Shown here: positions 16,862 to 26,773 of the stretch, in pieces | Position numbering within the stretch: the stretch's first letter is position 1 | Layout: each line of letters starts with the position of its first letter | IMG/VR virus record: IMGVR_UViG_3300042559_001801 | Length of the DNA stretch: 64,000 nucleotides | DNA from: a virus | Taxonomy: Duplodnaviria; Heunggongvirae; Uroviricota; Caudoviricetes | Reading direction: 5' to 3' (one strand) | The notes under the pieces: model-generated | The model's database searches: none | What the model was told of the DNA's origin: nothing | What the model saw: the letters and a program-made list of their open reading frames with translations, nothing else | Translations under genes and position numbers: made by a program

Positions 16862-18143
16862 TTTGATTCCACCATGTTAACACATCAGGTCGGCTGGCCA
16901 GTATGTCGGCCATTGTAAATTTATCTTCACGAATTTGTTCTAGTTTTAACACACGCTGCTTGCCTCGAACAAGTCCTGCTTGCCAGGTGTCGGGCCATTG
17001 TTCTTCAAAGGTTGGGCGGGTTTTTAATTGTACCAGGATTGCTTGCACAGCTCCAGAACAAGAGGCTATCAATTCATCCAGCCACGGGTCAAGCAGGTGC
17101 CGCGGCAGAGCCAATGGGCTCATCACAATGTCAGGAGAAAACGCAAATACCACTTTTGCTAAGATATCGGTGTCTGTTTGTTGTGCAAGTTGCACAATGT
17201 TTTCAATTTCAAACATTCCTGGCAAGGTGAGAGTAAAGTCGATTCTGACCTGGCGTCTGTGAGTTCTTGCTGCAACTGCTCTATCGTAATTTTTGCGCCA
17301 GCCAGCATAGTCAAGGCCTGTTCTAATATATTCGCCAATGCGTTGTGTACCATCGAGACTCGCACAGATTTGCCAATCACGAAGGCCATGTAGAATCCCA
17401 TCAAAGAGATCAATGCCACGATAATTAATTCTCGAAAGGTTAGTATTATATCTCGCATAGACTTTATGTCCATCTCCAAGTTCAACAATGCGTTTCATAT
17501 AGCGCCAATGTTGTTCGTACATCAAGGGTTCGCCACCAACCCAATACACTTCTTCAACGCGGTGTTCTTCAACTGCCTGCGCAAATTCTGCTTCGATTTG
17601 TTGATCTTGAAACTGAGAGATATCCTTTCTGACAGCAGGTTGCATCCAATTGTTCTTTGAATTGGACCAATCAATCATGTTGTGTTGGCGCTGTTCGCTT
17701 TCCCATGCACTGCTCAACATGTCACCGCATGTACGACATTTGAAATTGCACAGGTTACTGAATCTGTAGTCCCAACTCACTGGCAGCATGCTGGTGCTGC
17801 CGTCTGCATCAGTGGTTTCCCAAATGCTATCATACTTATGTTTGAACATACTCCAGAAATAGCTGCGGTAAACATCGGTGTTTAGAAGTTTGCTGTTGCA
17901 TACATCACATTCTGGCAGTGTTTCTCCGGCCATCATACGGCGACGCACACTCCGCATGTGTTCACTGTTCCAGTGTTGATCCAGTGTGATGGGAGTATAT
18001 TTGCCTGAGCCGGCGGCTGTGTCAATGTACTGTGTGAAACTTTGTGCAGGCTCACGGCTGGCACAGCACATTCTGCGTTCAGTTTGTGGACTCAGGTAGG
18101 TGTGAGTCCACGGCGCCATGCAAAGTGTTTCAGGCTTTGACAT
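16851..18143 (-). CDS. radical SAM enzyme with N-terminal Cys-rich domain (subfamily A)
   Basis: It has the CxxxCxxC motif CNFKCRTCG, the GGEPLM motif and YNTNLS (anSME-like TNG motif). The N-terminal domain is C-x17-CC (CMAPW...MCC) plus CDVC. ATG 18143 was chosen; the track start 18149 is TTG. Confidence 0.8.
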   Translation of the reverse strand: MSKPETLCMAPWTHTYLSPQTERRMCCASREPAQSFTQYIDTAAGSGKYTPITLDQHWNSEHMRSVRRRMMAGETLPECDVCNSKLLNTDVYRSYFWSMFKHKYDSIWETTDADGSTSMLPVSWDYRFSNLCNFKCRTCGDMLSSAWESEQRQHNMIDWSNSKNNWMQPAVRKDISQFQDQQIEAEFAQAVEEHRVEEVYWVGGEPLMYEQHWRYMKRIVELGDGHKVYARYNTNLSRINYRGIDLFDGILHGLRDWQICASLDGTQRIGEYIRTGLDYAGWRKNYDRAVAARTHRRQVRIDFTLTLPGMFEIENIVQLAQQTDTDILAKVVFAFSPDIVMSPLALPRHLLDPWLDELIASCSGAVQAILVQLKTRPTFEEQWPDTWQAGLVRGKQRVLKLEQIREDKFTMADILASRPDVLTWWNQIDC

Positions 18144-19344
18144 AGTCAATCAATGCTGCAAACTCCGGCTCTACATCTGCTAGATTTTGTTGTCGTTTAC
18201 GGTCAAGATCAAGGATATTCATTCGTAGCAATTGTCCATCCAAACTGTTGCCACGATTCATAAATTCTGCGGCACTGACAAATTCTGACAGTATGTTAGC
18301 AGGAACATCAGCCCGGGTCAATTGTTTTGTAATCGCTGTTTTGGCTGATTCAGGCAGGGTACTGATGCTGAAGTAATAGGCATCATGCATCATGTTCCAG
18401 TATATAAAATCAAACTTTTGCTGTATTAACCATTGGGCCACTGTTTCAAGATAATACACATTGAACACATTGATGGTACAACAGGCCTGCAATGTAATGT
18501 TGCTGTTGCGACTGCGTAGTTGTCTAAAGCGTTCTGTATTTGCAACCACATCGGCCCAGACGGCATTGCTGCGCTGATATTCGAATCGGTGTTCAACATC
18601 GTCAATGCTTAGTGCAATTTCAACATGTTTGAAATGTTTCCAAATTGCTTCGCCTTCTTCGGGGTACTGTGTGCCATTGGTGTTGTAGTGTATTTCAACT
18701 TGTGCAGCGCGACCTGTGTCTACTAATTTTTGTAACAGTTGGAAATGTTCCTTGATCATGAACGGTTCACCACCAGTGAACTCAATGTAACGAATGTTGT
18801 CTAGATGTTGATCTAGATCCGTCCAAAATTCAGCACTTTCTCTTGGCCAGGCACCGTCTTTCAACATCTGATAAGCAAAGCTACTGCGAGTTTCTTCTGC
18901 ACGATTGAACCGAATTTCTTCTGCTGCAAACTGGCTGCTGCTCCAAGATCCACATATGCGGCATTTTAGATTGCAAATGTTGCCCAGTTTGAGATCAAGA
19001 AACATCAAGGGCATTGCATCTGCTGTCCACGACACATTGGAATCGAGCAGGTGTTTGAGTCTGTCTAGTGTATGCATGCGCTTGCTGGTACGCCCGGCTC
19101 GCTCTTCATTCCAGCAGCGGCGACAGTTTTGTGGTTTTTTGCCAGCAAGAAAATCTTCGCGCAGCGTTCGCATTGCTCGGCTATTTTGTATTTCCGTCAA
19201 GCTGGTGTTGGCCAACTTGTATTTGTTGCCGTCGTTGTCTTCAATCTCGTCAATGGCCAAACAACAAGGTCGTACTGTTCCCACTGGACTTGCTTCCAAG
19301 CTGATCCAAGGTAGTACACAAAAAGTATCATGGGGTATGTTCAT
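18130..19344 (-). CDS. radical SAM enzyme with N-terminal Cys-rich domain (subfamily A)
   Basis: Motifs are CNLKCRICG, FTGGEPFM, YNTNGT and an N-terminal CVLPW...PCC plus CRRCW. The start is ATGA-coupled to the upstream gene. Confidence 0.8.
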   Translation of the reverse strand: MNIPHDTFCVLPWISLEASPVGTVRPCCLAIDEIEDNDGNKYKLANTSLTEIQNSRAMRTLREDFLAGKKPQNCRRCWNEERAGRTSKRMHTLDRLKHLLDSNVSWTADAMPLMFLDLKLGNICNLKCRICGSWSSSQFAAEEIRFNRAEETRSSFAYQMLKDGAWPRESAEFWTDLDQHLDNIRYIEFTGGEPFMIKEHFQLLQKLVDTGRAAQVEIHYNTNGTQYPEEGEAIWKHFKHVEIALSIDDVEHRFEYQRSNAVWADVVANTERFRQLRSRNSNITLQACCTINVFNVYYLETVAQWLIQQKFDFIYWNMMHDAYYFSISTLPESAKTAITKQLTRADVPANILSEFVSAAEFMNRGNSLDGQLLRMNILDLDRKRQQNLADVEPEFAALIDYVKA

Positions 19345-20660
19345 TTGATAGGAATCCTGGTATCAGGCCGACGAAATTCTATAATGGATTCAAGTTCTGG
19401 TACTACACCAAGCAATGATTCACTGCGAGACCAATCCAGATCATTTACTGAATCCCAAAAATCTTTCAACAAGTGTGAATTGTCTGTGGCCATCATAAAT
19501 GCTATGGCGCCTTCAAATCCGCCCACAGCTCGTTGTATCTGATCAATAGGACGCAGATATTCAATGTGTTCTTCAAACTGCTGTTTAAATTTTAATTTAA
19601 GGTGCATCGGCAACATGTCTATACGATAATCCTGCGGCCCTTGTAAAATATTCAGATTGAAGTCTTGTGCTTTGATGAACCCAGAATCGATCATGTAACG
19701 GTGGAATTTAACAAAGTTCCATATGTTCATCATACTCAGTGTGGGACTGATCATAAAATCTATATGCGGGCACTCGCGTTTTAGATCCCGTATATTTTGT
19801 TCTACCTGGGCCCAATCAGTTCCAGATCGTATAACTTCGGCCCGCTCGGCCATGTCATCCAGGCTGGCGGCCACACACACATTGGGAAAATGTTTCCATA
19901 GTTCCAGCACTGATTCTTTTTTATATCGCAGGTCGTTTAGATTGGTATTGTAAATCAGCCGCACTTCGGTGTTGCCTTTTTCTATCAGCAATTTTAAGAT
20001 GCGATTGTGTTCTTCCATGATCAATGGTTCGCCACCGGCAAAATAAATTTGTTCCAAATGCGGAATATGTTCTTGCATTTGCTCCCACACATCCTCCTCG
20101 TGCTGGCCTGCAAATTGCACTCGCGGTCGTAATGGTTTCCCCCACAGCTTAACATCGTCGTCGTACCAGCGACTGCTAAAAATACTGCCACAACTGCGAC
20201 ATTTGAGCTGACACATGTTGCTAAATCTCACATCCCAATAATGCAACCGCATGTCGGGCAAGCTACCATCTGGCAAAGTTTGATCTATTTCGTCGATGTA
20301 ATGTCCAAAATTCTTATTGCTGTTATTTCTCATGCTGGCAAATCCAGCGCCTTCCTGTTCGTAACAGTCGCCACACTGTTTACAAGATTTATCCGCCAAC
20401 ATATTGCGCCGCATTTCACGCATGGGCTCGTCGTTCCATATTTCCCGCATGGTGTTTTCTTTGAGATTTCCCACTGGATGTTCGGCTTTGCCTAAACAGC
20501 AAGGATATGCTCGACCGTCCGGCCATGCATGCAGATGTATCCAGGGAATCATGCAAAACACTTCCGACTCAATCAATTTATGCTGCTGATCCTTTGTTAT
20601 ATCTTCTAGTTTTATGTAGGATGGAATGCGGTCTTTCCAATTGTAGTTGCTAAGACTCAT
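19341..20660 (-). CDS. radical SAM enzyme with N-terminal Cys-rich domain (subfamily A)
   Basis: Motifs are CQLKCRSCG, FAGGEPLIM, YNTNLN and an N-terminal CMIPW...PCC plus CGDCY. ATG 20660 (ATGA-coupled) is preferred; an alternative ATG lies at 20675. Confidence 0.75.
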   Translation of the reverse strand: MSLSNYNWKDRIPSYIKLEDITKDQQHKLIESEVFCMIPWIHLHAWPDGRAYPCCLGKAEHPVGNLKENTMREIWNDEPMREMRRNMLADKSCKQCGDCYEQEGAGFASMRNNSNKNFGHYIDEIDQTLPDGSLPDMRLHYWDVRFSNMCQLKCRSCGSIFSSRWYDDDVKLWGKPLRPRVQFAGQHEEDVWEQMQEHIPHLEQIYFAGGEPLIMEEHNRILKLLIEKGNTEVRLIYNTNLNDLRYKKESVLELWKHFPNVCVAASLDDMAERAEVIRSGTDWAQVEQNIRDLKRECPHIDFMISPTLSMMNIWNFVKFHRYMIDSGFIKAQDFNLNILQGPQDYRIDMLPMHLKLKFKQQFEEHIEYLRPIDQIQRAVGGFEGAIAFMMATDNSHLLKDFWDSVNDLDWSRSESLLGVVPELESIIEFRRPDTRIPIK

Positions 20661-21994
20661 AATGATTGATACCATTCTTTTAGGTTAGGAAATGTGTTGC
20701 TAAAGTTTTTGTTCCTGCGCACATCATATTGATCAAAGAACTGGCGAAAGTCGTTGTGTAACTTGGGCATGTCAAATGTGTCGCTGTGTGGAGTTTTAAC
20801 AATTTTCAAATAGTCAATCAATCTGCGAACATGATTCAGTTCAAATTCTTGACATGCTGATCTATTGTCAACTGATTCTTCCCACATGATCAAACAATTG
20901 CGAGCAGAGGACAACAAGGCAGGTGATAATACCAACGGAGATTGAAAACTTGGAAAGCGTAATATATTTAGTGTAAAATTAACTCGTTGTGTTCCGTAGG
21001 CTTTTTTTAATTTTATCAACTGTGTTAGGAATTCGGGCAATGTTTCTAAACACAATGCATTGATTGTACACATCACATGCACAGCACGAATATGATCGTG
21101 CTCCAACAATTCTTGAACATTGTGCATCCATAGATCATAGTCCAAGCCGTCTCTTATGTATTCAGCAGCCGAGCCTGTTGCTTCGCAACTGGTGTATATC
21201 TCTAGGTGTGGGATATCTTGAACTCGTTCAATGAACTCCTGTAGCTTGATGCGATCCATGCCCAGATTTGAATTGATTGCTAGACGAGTTTGACTGCGAC
21301 CTTGATTTGTTTTGAACCAGTCAATCAGCTTCCAGGTCTCACCGCTCATCAAGGGTTCGCCGCCGGTGATTCTCAGCTCTTGTAGTGTTCGGTGGAGGTC
21401 TGATTCCCACCAAGCAAAGAACGCTTCAACATATGGATTCGTCTCACCAAAGCGGTATAGTTGACTGCTATCGTGAGTGTGAGTAAAGTGGTTGCGCCCA
21501 TCAGACACCAAATTGGCATAGCCGCCGTGCTTTCGAATGTCATTGACCCATGTGCTACTGAAAGCAGGGTTACAATAGCTACAAGCAAATTGGCAAGTGC
21601 GGTCGAACGCAATTTCAAGTGTGCGAAGATTGACGTCTTCATTGTACGGAGTTTGGTAAGCTTCATCAAGTGCCTTTATAGGGTAAATTTTACTTTTGTA
21701 TACACGGTCGCTGACAGCATCAGTGGCCATGTCTTCGATCTTCCAGCAGTATTCACAACCGGCAGGGCGATCACCTGCCAGCATCTTCTTGCGATCATCT
21801 TTTTTCTTTGCTGTGTTATGCAGTGCAGCCGGATTGGTTTTTAGTTCTTCGAGATCAACAGCATGTGCTGGTGGATGATGACAACTGGTTGTTTGCCCGG
21901 AACCCAACCATATAGTGGCATTGTACCATTTGGCTGCACAGAAACTAGCACTTTTGGTATCCAAGACCTGGTGCTTGAAATCTAGATCATTCAT
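20657..21994 (-). CDS. radical SAM enzyme with N-terminal Cys-rich domain (subfamily B)
   Basis: Motifs are CQFACSYCNPAFSSTW, ITGGEPLM, INSNLG and an N-terminal CAAKW...SCHHPP plus CEYCW. Confidence 0.8.
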   Translation of the reverse strand: MNDLDFKHQVLDTKSASFCAAKWYNATIWLGSGQTTSCHHPPAHAVDLEELKTNPAALHNTAKKKDDRKKMLAGDRPAGCEYCWKIEDMATDAVSDRVYKSKIYPIKALDEAYQTPYNEDVNLRTLEIAFDRTCQFACSYCNPAFSSTWVNDIRKHGGYANLVSDGRNHFTHTHDSSQLYRFGETNPYVEAFFAWWESDLHRTLQELRITGGEPLMSGETWKLIDWFKTNQGRSQTRLAINSNLGMDRIKLQEFIERVQDIPHLEIYTSCEATGSAAEYIRDGLDYDLWMHNVQELLEHDHIRAVHVMCTINALCLETLPEFLTQLIKLKKAYGTQRVNFTLNILRFPSFQSPLVLSPALLSSARNCLIMWEESVDNRSACQEFELNHVRRLIDYLKIVKTPHSDTFDMPKLHNDFRQFFDQYDVRRNKNFSNTFPNLKEWYQSL

Positions 21995-23093
21995 TGAAAT
22001 GTTTGTTTATAAATTGTTTAAAGCGGGCCGGAAATTCAGATCGAACTCGAGTTCGCATTTCCGCAAGATGTTGCTGGTTGTATTTACATACATTATAGCA
22101 TTCTTTTAAGAAACTTGCAAGGTCTTGTTGACATAAATCTTTAACCACACGACTCACTTGCACCATTCTATCTTGATTGTTTGCTATTTCATCAAACCTC
22201 TCGTCAATCACATGTCCGAATGTTTGAAATCCTAGATTATGCATATCTCTATAATATCCCTGATTGGCAACCGCAATCCATGGATGTCCAATTGCAATGG
22301 GTTTCCATATTTTCTCTGTTCTAAAACTGTAGCGATAGTTTTGAACAGTTTCGGTCACCAAGCTAAAATAAGTATTGGTATACTGTGCCGGAACTAGATA
22401 CACGTCTCCCCATATGTCAGACTCGAACAAATATTTTTTTACATTTTCATCAGTCTGAGATATGTCAACATTGAACCGATCAAGTTCGTATTGCCGATCG
22501 AGCAATTTCACCGGGCCATTGGCAGGATCTAAATTGCTCCATAATGCTGTATCAAGTACGTCGGCTAACTGTTCAATCATAAATTTTCTATGCTGTCTTC
22601 CTTTTCCGTTCAAAAATAAAAATTTATATGGTCGATTGGTTGAATAGGTGCGTTTATAAGTTTTTATAGCGTTGATATTTTCATCGTAGTCTAGTATTTT
22701 AGGAAGAAAATTTTCATATACAAGATGCAGATATTGTGCCGGAACATCGCCGCCGGTTAATAATAGTATTTTTCCTTTTTTGAGTAACTCAAGTAGATCA
22801 GTATTTTCATTTCCATTGGCCAGTTTAGTACGAAATTCTGGCCGGCCGCAACGATTTATTAAAGTTGCCGATCCTTCACTTGGTTCAGCATATATAGCTT
22901 TTATAGTATTAGTTTTTACCAACTCTACAATTTTTTCAAAATTTTCTCCAAACTCAGCGTGACTTATCAAATATATAGCATTGGGAACCAAAGTGTGTTC
23001 TTGAAAAATAGAAAATTTATCGTCGGCATACACAGCAAGTTCATCGTGTATTCCACATCCTGTGTCTATTATTAATTTACGATTGCCGAGCAT
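21987..23093 (-). CDS. GT10-like glycosyltransferase, paralog 3
   Basis: It carries FRTEKIWKPIAIGHPWIAVANQG...GFQTFGHVIDERFDEI. ATG 23093 was chosen; the track start 23120 is GTG. Confidence 0.55.
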   Translation of the reverse strand: MLGNRKLIIDTGCGIHDELAVYADDKFSIFQEHTLVPNAIYLISHAEFGENFEKIVELVKTNTIKAIYAEPSEGSATLINRCGRPEFRTKLANGNENTDLLELLKKGKILLLTGGDVPAQYLHLVYENFLPKILDYDENINAIKTYKRTYSTNRPYKFLFLNGKGRQHRKFMIEQLADVLDTALWSNLDPANGPVKLLDRQYELDRFNVDISQTDENVKKYLFESDIWGDVYLVPAQYTNTYFSLVTETVQNYRYSFRTEKIWKPIAIGHPWIAVANQGYYRDMHNLGFQTFGHVIDERFDEIANNQDRMVQVSRVVKDLCQQDLASFLKECYNVCKYNQQHLAEMRTRVRSEFPARFKQFINKHFNE

Positions 23094-24501
23094 GGTACTC
23101 ACATTCCTTCCACCAGGCACTCATTTCTGGAAACACGCTCAAGAAGTCTGTACCGTGTCTGTGATCTGCTTCTGTAAAGAACCGATAGAAGTCAGCTTTA
23201 TTTCGTTGCAGGTACGCAGAGTCTAATCGTTGTCCATCACGCATCCAGGCTATGTCGCGATCAAGACGAGATATTTCATAATCTTTGAAACCGTGCAATC
23301 TGGTTGCTTCTGTTTCGATACCGTGTTGCATTGATATTTTTAATTTTTCCAACTGTGCTGCATAGCTTTCTGGCAACAATTGTAAACTTTGCCAAGCGGG
23401 TTGTCGCAGCACTGGAGTATCAAACCACACACGCTGATATGTGCTGCTGTGTTTTTTTCTAAGTTCTATAATGCCATCTAACAGCTCGGGTAAACTTGTC
23501 ACACTTAGGTTATTCATTGTCACAATAAATGTCACACTGTTGCGCGAAGGAACTTCGGTTAAGAACTGATTTACTCTGCTCCACACCAAATCAAAATTCA
23601 TGCCATGGCGCATGTACTCGGCCTGACGGCCCCATCCGTCTAGACTGATGTATTGCATAAAGTGCTCAACCACTCCTTCTTGGCACAATTGTTTGGTGTA
23701 GGCCAAATAGCGTTGCCAACTTTTTTCATCCACACTGAAGTTGCTGGTTACATTGAGATGCAGATTAGATTTGGGATTGGCCAGCACATAGTCAAACACA
23801 CGATAGGTATTCCGATCCAGCAATGGTTCGCCGCCGGTCATTCTGAAGTGCTCCAACTCGGGATACAAGGTGGGCCACCACTGCCAAAACGCTTCCACAT
23901 AGGGATTGTGCTCACGAACAGGAATGGATTTACGGTCACCTGCAAAGTGCTCAGGCGCATTGTGCGGGATGGATGTAGGATAAGCACCGTGCCGATCAGT
24001 TTCTTGTTGCCAGGTGCTGCTGAACTGTGGGCTACAATAGCTGCAAGCAAGGTTACAAGCGTTGTTGAAATTTACTTCAACATAACTGGGAGTAATGTCA
24101 GCGTCCCACTCTGCATTCACAATGGTGCCAAAGTCTTTGGCAGCCCACGGTTCTCCTGATCTGTAATGTCGGTCACTGAGTTTGCCATTGTCTTCCATTG
24201 TCCAACAGTAGCTGCATTCAGCAGGACGTGTGCCCTCTAGCATTTGTTTACGCTGTTGTTTTTTATAATCAGTGTTGTGTAATGCAGCAGGATTGCGACC
24301 AATGGCATCTACAGGAATACGATGCAAGGGCGGGTGGTAACAACTGTTGTTAAGGCCAGTGGTCAGGTGTAGACTGACTTGTTTCCATTTGGCCAGACAC
24401 ATGCTGGGACTAACAGTATCTAACTGTTGTTTGATTAGTTCGGCATCACTTAAAAACTTTGATTTAAAGTCTTCGTTGACTTCGTCACCTTTGTTTTGCA
24501 T
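23077..24501 (-). CDS. radical SAM enzyme with N-terminal Cys-rich domain (subfamily B)
   Basis: Motifs are CNLACSYCSPQFSSTW, MTGGEPLL, VTSNFS and an N-terminal CLAKW...SCYHPP plus CSYCW. Confidence 0.8.
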   Translation of the reverse strand: MQNKGDEVNEDFKSKFLSDAELIKQQLDTVSPSMCLAKWKQVSLHLTTGLNNSCYHPPLHRIPVDAIGRNPAALHNTDYKKQQRKQMLEGTRPAECSYCWTMEDNGKLSDRHYRSGEPWAAKDFGTIVNAEWDADITPSYVEVNFNNACNLACSYCSPQFSSTWQQETDRHGAYPTSIPHNAPEHFAGDRKSIPVREHNPYVEAFWQWWPTLYPELEHFRMTGGEPLLDRNTYRVFDYVLANPKSNLHLNVTSNFSVDEKSWQRYLAYTKQLCQEGVVEHFMQYISLDGWGRQAEYMRHGMNFDLVWSRVNQFLTEVPSRNSVTFIVTMNNLSVTSLPELLDGIIELRKKHSSTYQRVWFDTPVLRQPAWQSLQLLPESYAAQLEKLKISMQHGIETEATRLHGFKDYEISRLDRDIAWMRDGQRLDSAYLQRNKADFYRFFTEADHRHGTDFLSVFPEMSAWWKECEYHARQS

Positions 24502-25428
24502 TCACCAACCTTCTTGACTACGAATAACATCAATCTCTCTCACAGCGACACCGCGATTGTGCCAGTTACTGCGATAATGATGTTTAAAGAATTTACTAGC
24601 AGACTCATCAATCCATACCATTGGTAAATCCAACTGCGTAGTCAATTCGTTTGCTACTCGGCTCAACACCACTTCCGGGTCAGTGTCTTTTACTGTGTCC
24701 CACAGTTGTTCCAGCGCAGCAAAATCTTGTACTGCGCGATGGTCCCAGTTGGTCAGCATGGTCATGTATGAACCCATGCGCGATCCAGCCATACTCCAAA
24801 TGCCGTGTTCAGCATCGCGACCCACATTGTGCCATATGGTCAAGTTGTCGAGATTGCGTTGATGCACACGATTTTGAAACTCTGCCACTGTGGGTTTCTT
24901 ACCTGTGTTCAAACACATTTTGACCCCTTCGCGAAACCCGGCACGCCATGCGTGAAAAGCTGAACCATTGGGATATGTGGTTGAATAGCAATCATGCATG
25001 GCCCAGTACAACGGATCAAAGCAAAACTCCACTTCGGTTGCTGCACGACCGTCGGTGGCTTCGTGTGTTCGCATATCGTTGACAAACTTTCTAGTCCACG
25101 AACTCAGCCCGCCGTTGCCATACATCAATCCGTTTATGTGATTACGGGCACGCCAGCGGAACACTGCGGATTCCCATTGTGCATCAGGCAACTCCAGTGT
25201 CTGGTTAAAAAATTCAGGGTCTGGCATGTTGTCGCCGTCGATCAACACAAAGCGTTCGGTATCACTGGCCGCAGCAGCAGCTTTGTGTGCTGCATCACTG
25301 CCCCGAACACCATCCACTCGCTTGGCCCAAGGAACCATATTGCGAATCTTTATCCAGAATTCTTCTTTTTGTGGTTCATCATAAGTTAGATAAATGCAGT
25401 CAAGGTCTGCGATGTCAATCCGATTCAT
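24502..25428 (-). CDS. hypothetical protein (308 aa); possibly GT-A-fold glycosyltransferase-like
   Basis: The N-terminal CIYLTYDEP and a DGD motif (FVLIDGDNMPDPEFF) recall GT2-type spacing. This is weak. Confidence 0.4.
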   Translation of the reverse strand: MNRIDIADLDCIYLTYDEPQKEEFWIKIRNMVPWAKRVDGVRGSDAAHKAAAAASDTERFVLIDGDNMPDPEFFNQTLELPDAQWESAVFRWRARNHINGLMYGNGGLSSWTRKFVNDMRTHEATDGRAATEVEFCFDPLYWAMHDCYSTTYPNGSAFHAWRAGFREGVKMCLNTGKKPTVAEFQNRVHQRNLDNLTIWHNVGRDAEHGIWSMAGSRMGSYMTMLTNWDHRAVQDFAALEQLWDTVKDTDPEVVLSRVANELTTQLDLPMVWIDESASKFFKHHYRSNWHNRGVAVREIDVIRSQEGW

Positions 25429-25810
25429 GTGATTTTAAACTCCATTTTGTATGTGGTTGTTGCGGATCAACAACAATGCTGATGTTGCTGGGTACGCAAG
25501 GTGTACCGGTTGAGCCGGGTACTAGTTTGGTAACTGTTTTCTTTGGCACTATGTGTACAAGTTTTCCTTCAATGACCTGCACACGATGTGAGCTCAGTCG
25601 ATATGTTTCAGCATCTATGTCTATGTAATTACCTGGCTGGTGTTCCATGCTGTAAGATACCGGGCGACCATGTTCGTCGTAGTACAGCCTAAAAAACACA
25701 GGCGCAGGTTCTGGCACAGGTTCTGCCCAGGCCTTCCAAAAATTTTCTTCAGTTTCATTCACGGTCCGGGGCCAATCCATTGCTGTGTTTATGAGCCGCT
25801 GTGTCGACAT
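25415..25810 (-). CDS. hypothetical protein (about 131 aa)
   Basis: Track ORF 25415-25819, whose first codon is TTG. The first ATG is at 25810. No RBS is evident, so the start is uncertain. Confidence 0.35.
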   Translation of the reverse strand: MSTQRLINTAMDWPRTVNETEENFWKAWAEPVPEPAPVFFRLYYDEHGRPVSYSMEHQPGNYIDIDAETYRLSSHRVQVIEGKLVHIVPKKTVTKLVPGSTGTPCVPSNISIVVDPQQPHTKWSLKSHESD

Positions 25811-26036
25811 CTTGATCAAATCGTTTCACTTGCACAGGGTCAATACCCAGTACTTTGGCGTAGGAGCACAACAAACATTTGGGATTGCCACAATCCATGG
25901 CATGCTGTTTTGCAAACTTGTGTGGTTGACTGACATCCGATCCTTTGGATTTTGCAATCCGGGTCTGCTTCTTTACAGCGTTTTCATCTTTGAGCAGTCG
26001 TTTGCTGTGTTTGATTTTGTCTTGTTCAGTACTCAT
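25755..26036 (-). CDS. small basic Cys-containing protein (93 aa)
   Basis: ATG 26036 is ATGA-coupled to the upstream gene; the track's longer start 26123 would overlap that gene by 90 nt. The product contains HAMDCGNPKCLLCSYAK. Confidence 0.4.
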   Translation of the reverse strand: MSTEQDKIKHSKRLLKDENAVKKQTRIAKSKGSDVSQPHKFAKQHAMDCGNPKCLLCSYAKVLGIDPVQVKRFDQDVDTAAHKHSNGLAPDRE

Positions 26037-26773
26037 GTCAATCTCCAGTCTTTCATATGATAATGCACAAATCCCCACTGTGCTATGGTGTTTATACGCA
26101 CACCCGGATTGGTATTTTCCCATACCAATTCTTTGGTCCAGTCGTTAGTGTGGGTGGCAACAATGCCTGGTTTCATATGCACCATAGTGGGTCCATATCC
26201 CAGGGGCAAGGTCACTTGTTCTCTGCCTGTGATTTCTACTGCCATTGCATAAACAACATCAGTTGACGGAACTTCTTCGGGAAATTTCAACAGTGTTTTA
26301 AAGTTGTCCCAGTTTTCAAAAATACTCCTGACCAATTGAAAAAAGTCCTGTGCTGTTTTACTTACACGCCAATATGTAATAGCATTATAAACATCAGGCA
26401 ACTTGTTCACATCAAACAATTTTCTGTAACGACGATTGCTACCAGGTTGATCGTAAAAGTCTCTACATCCCTGACTGATCACAACATCACGATGTTCAAA
26501 CATGGTCCACCAGTGATTCACTGGACTGGCTGCAATCATATCTGCTTCCAGTTTGATAGTTTGCCTGTAAGGGCTGGCAGCAAACACTTGCCAGTCGTTG
26601 GCAAAGCCACCGCGATCGCCGTAGGGCAACATTTCTTTTGTCAATACAGTTATGTTGGCATCAGGATGCCATGCTCGTATGCTGTCGGCCAACTGGTTGG
26701 CGCAGGCCACATAGTCCACTGTGTCTGTGTTTACAGCTGGGATTAGGTATCCGCGCTCAGCAAGGATTTTCAA
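26033..26773 (-). CDS. putative GT-A-fold nucleotide-sugar transferase-like protein, paralog of 26757-27560
   Basis: The start is TTG with a strong AGGAG SD 6 nt upstream; no ATG occurs in the first 47 codons. The N-terminus IPAVNTDTVDYVACANQLADSIRAWHP parallels the neighbouring gene. Confidence 0.45.
   Translation of the reverse strand: MKILAERGYLIPAVNTDTVDYVACANQLADSIRAWHPDANITVLTKEMLPYGDRGGFANDWQVFAASPYRQTIKLEADMIAASPVNHWWTMFEHRDVVISQGCRDFYDQPGSNRRYRKLFDVNKLPDVYNAITYWRVSKTAQDFFQLVRSIFENWDNFKTLLKFPEEVPSTDVVYAMAVEITGREQVTLPLGYGPTMVHMKPGIVATHTNDWTKELVWENTNPGVRINTIAQWGFVHYHMKDWRLT

Noticed and set aside
16851-24501. SPASM/twitch auxiliary-cluster domains in the radical-SAM paralogs
   Set aside because: The C-terminal regions contain few or no cysteines (for example 18130-19344 has none after the core). 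No CxxCxxxxxC...C pattern is present, so the enzymes appear SPASM-less despite the anSME-like GGEPL/TNG core motifs.
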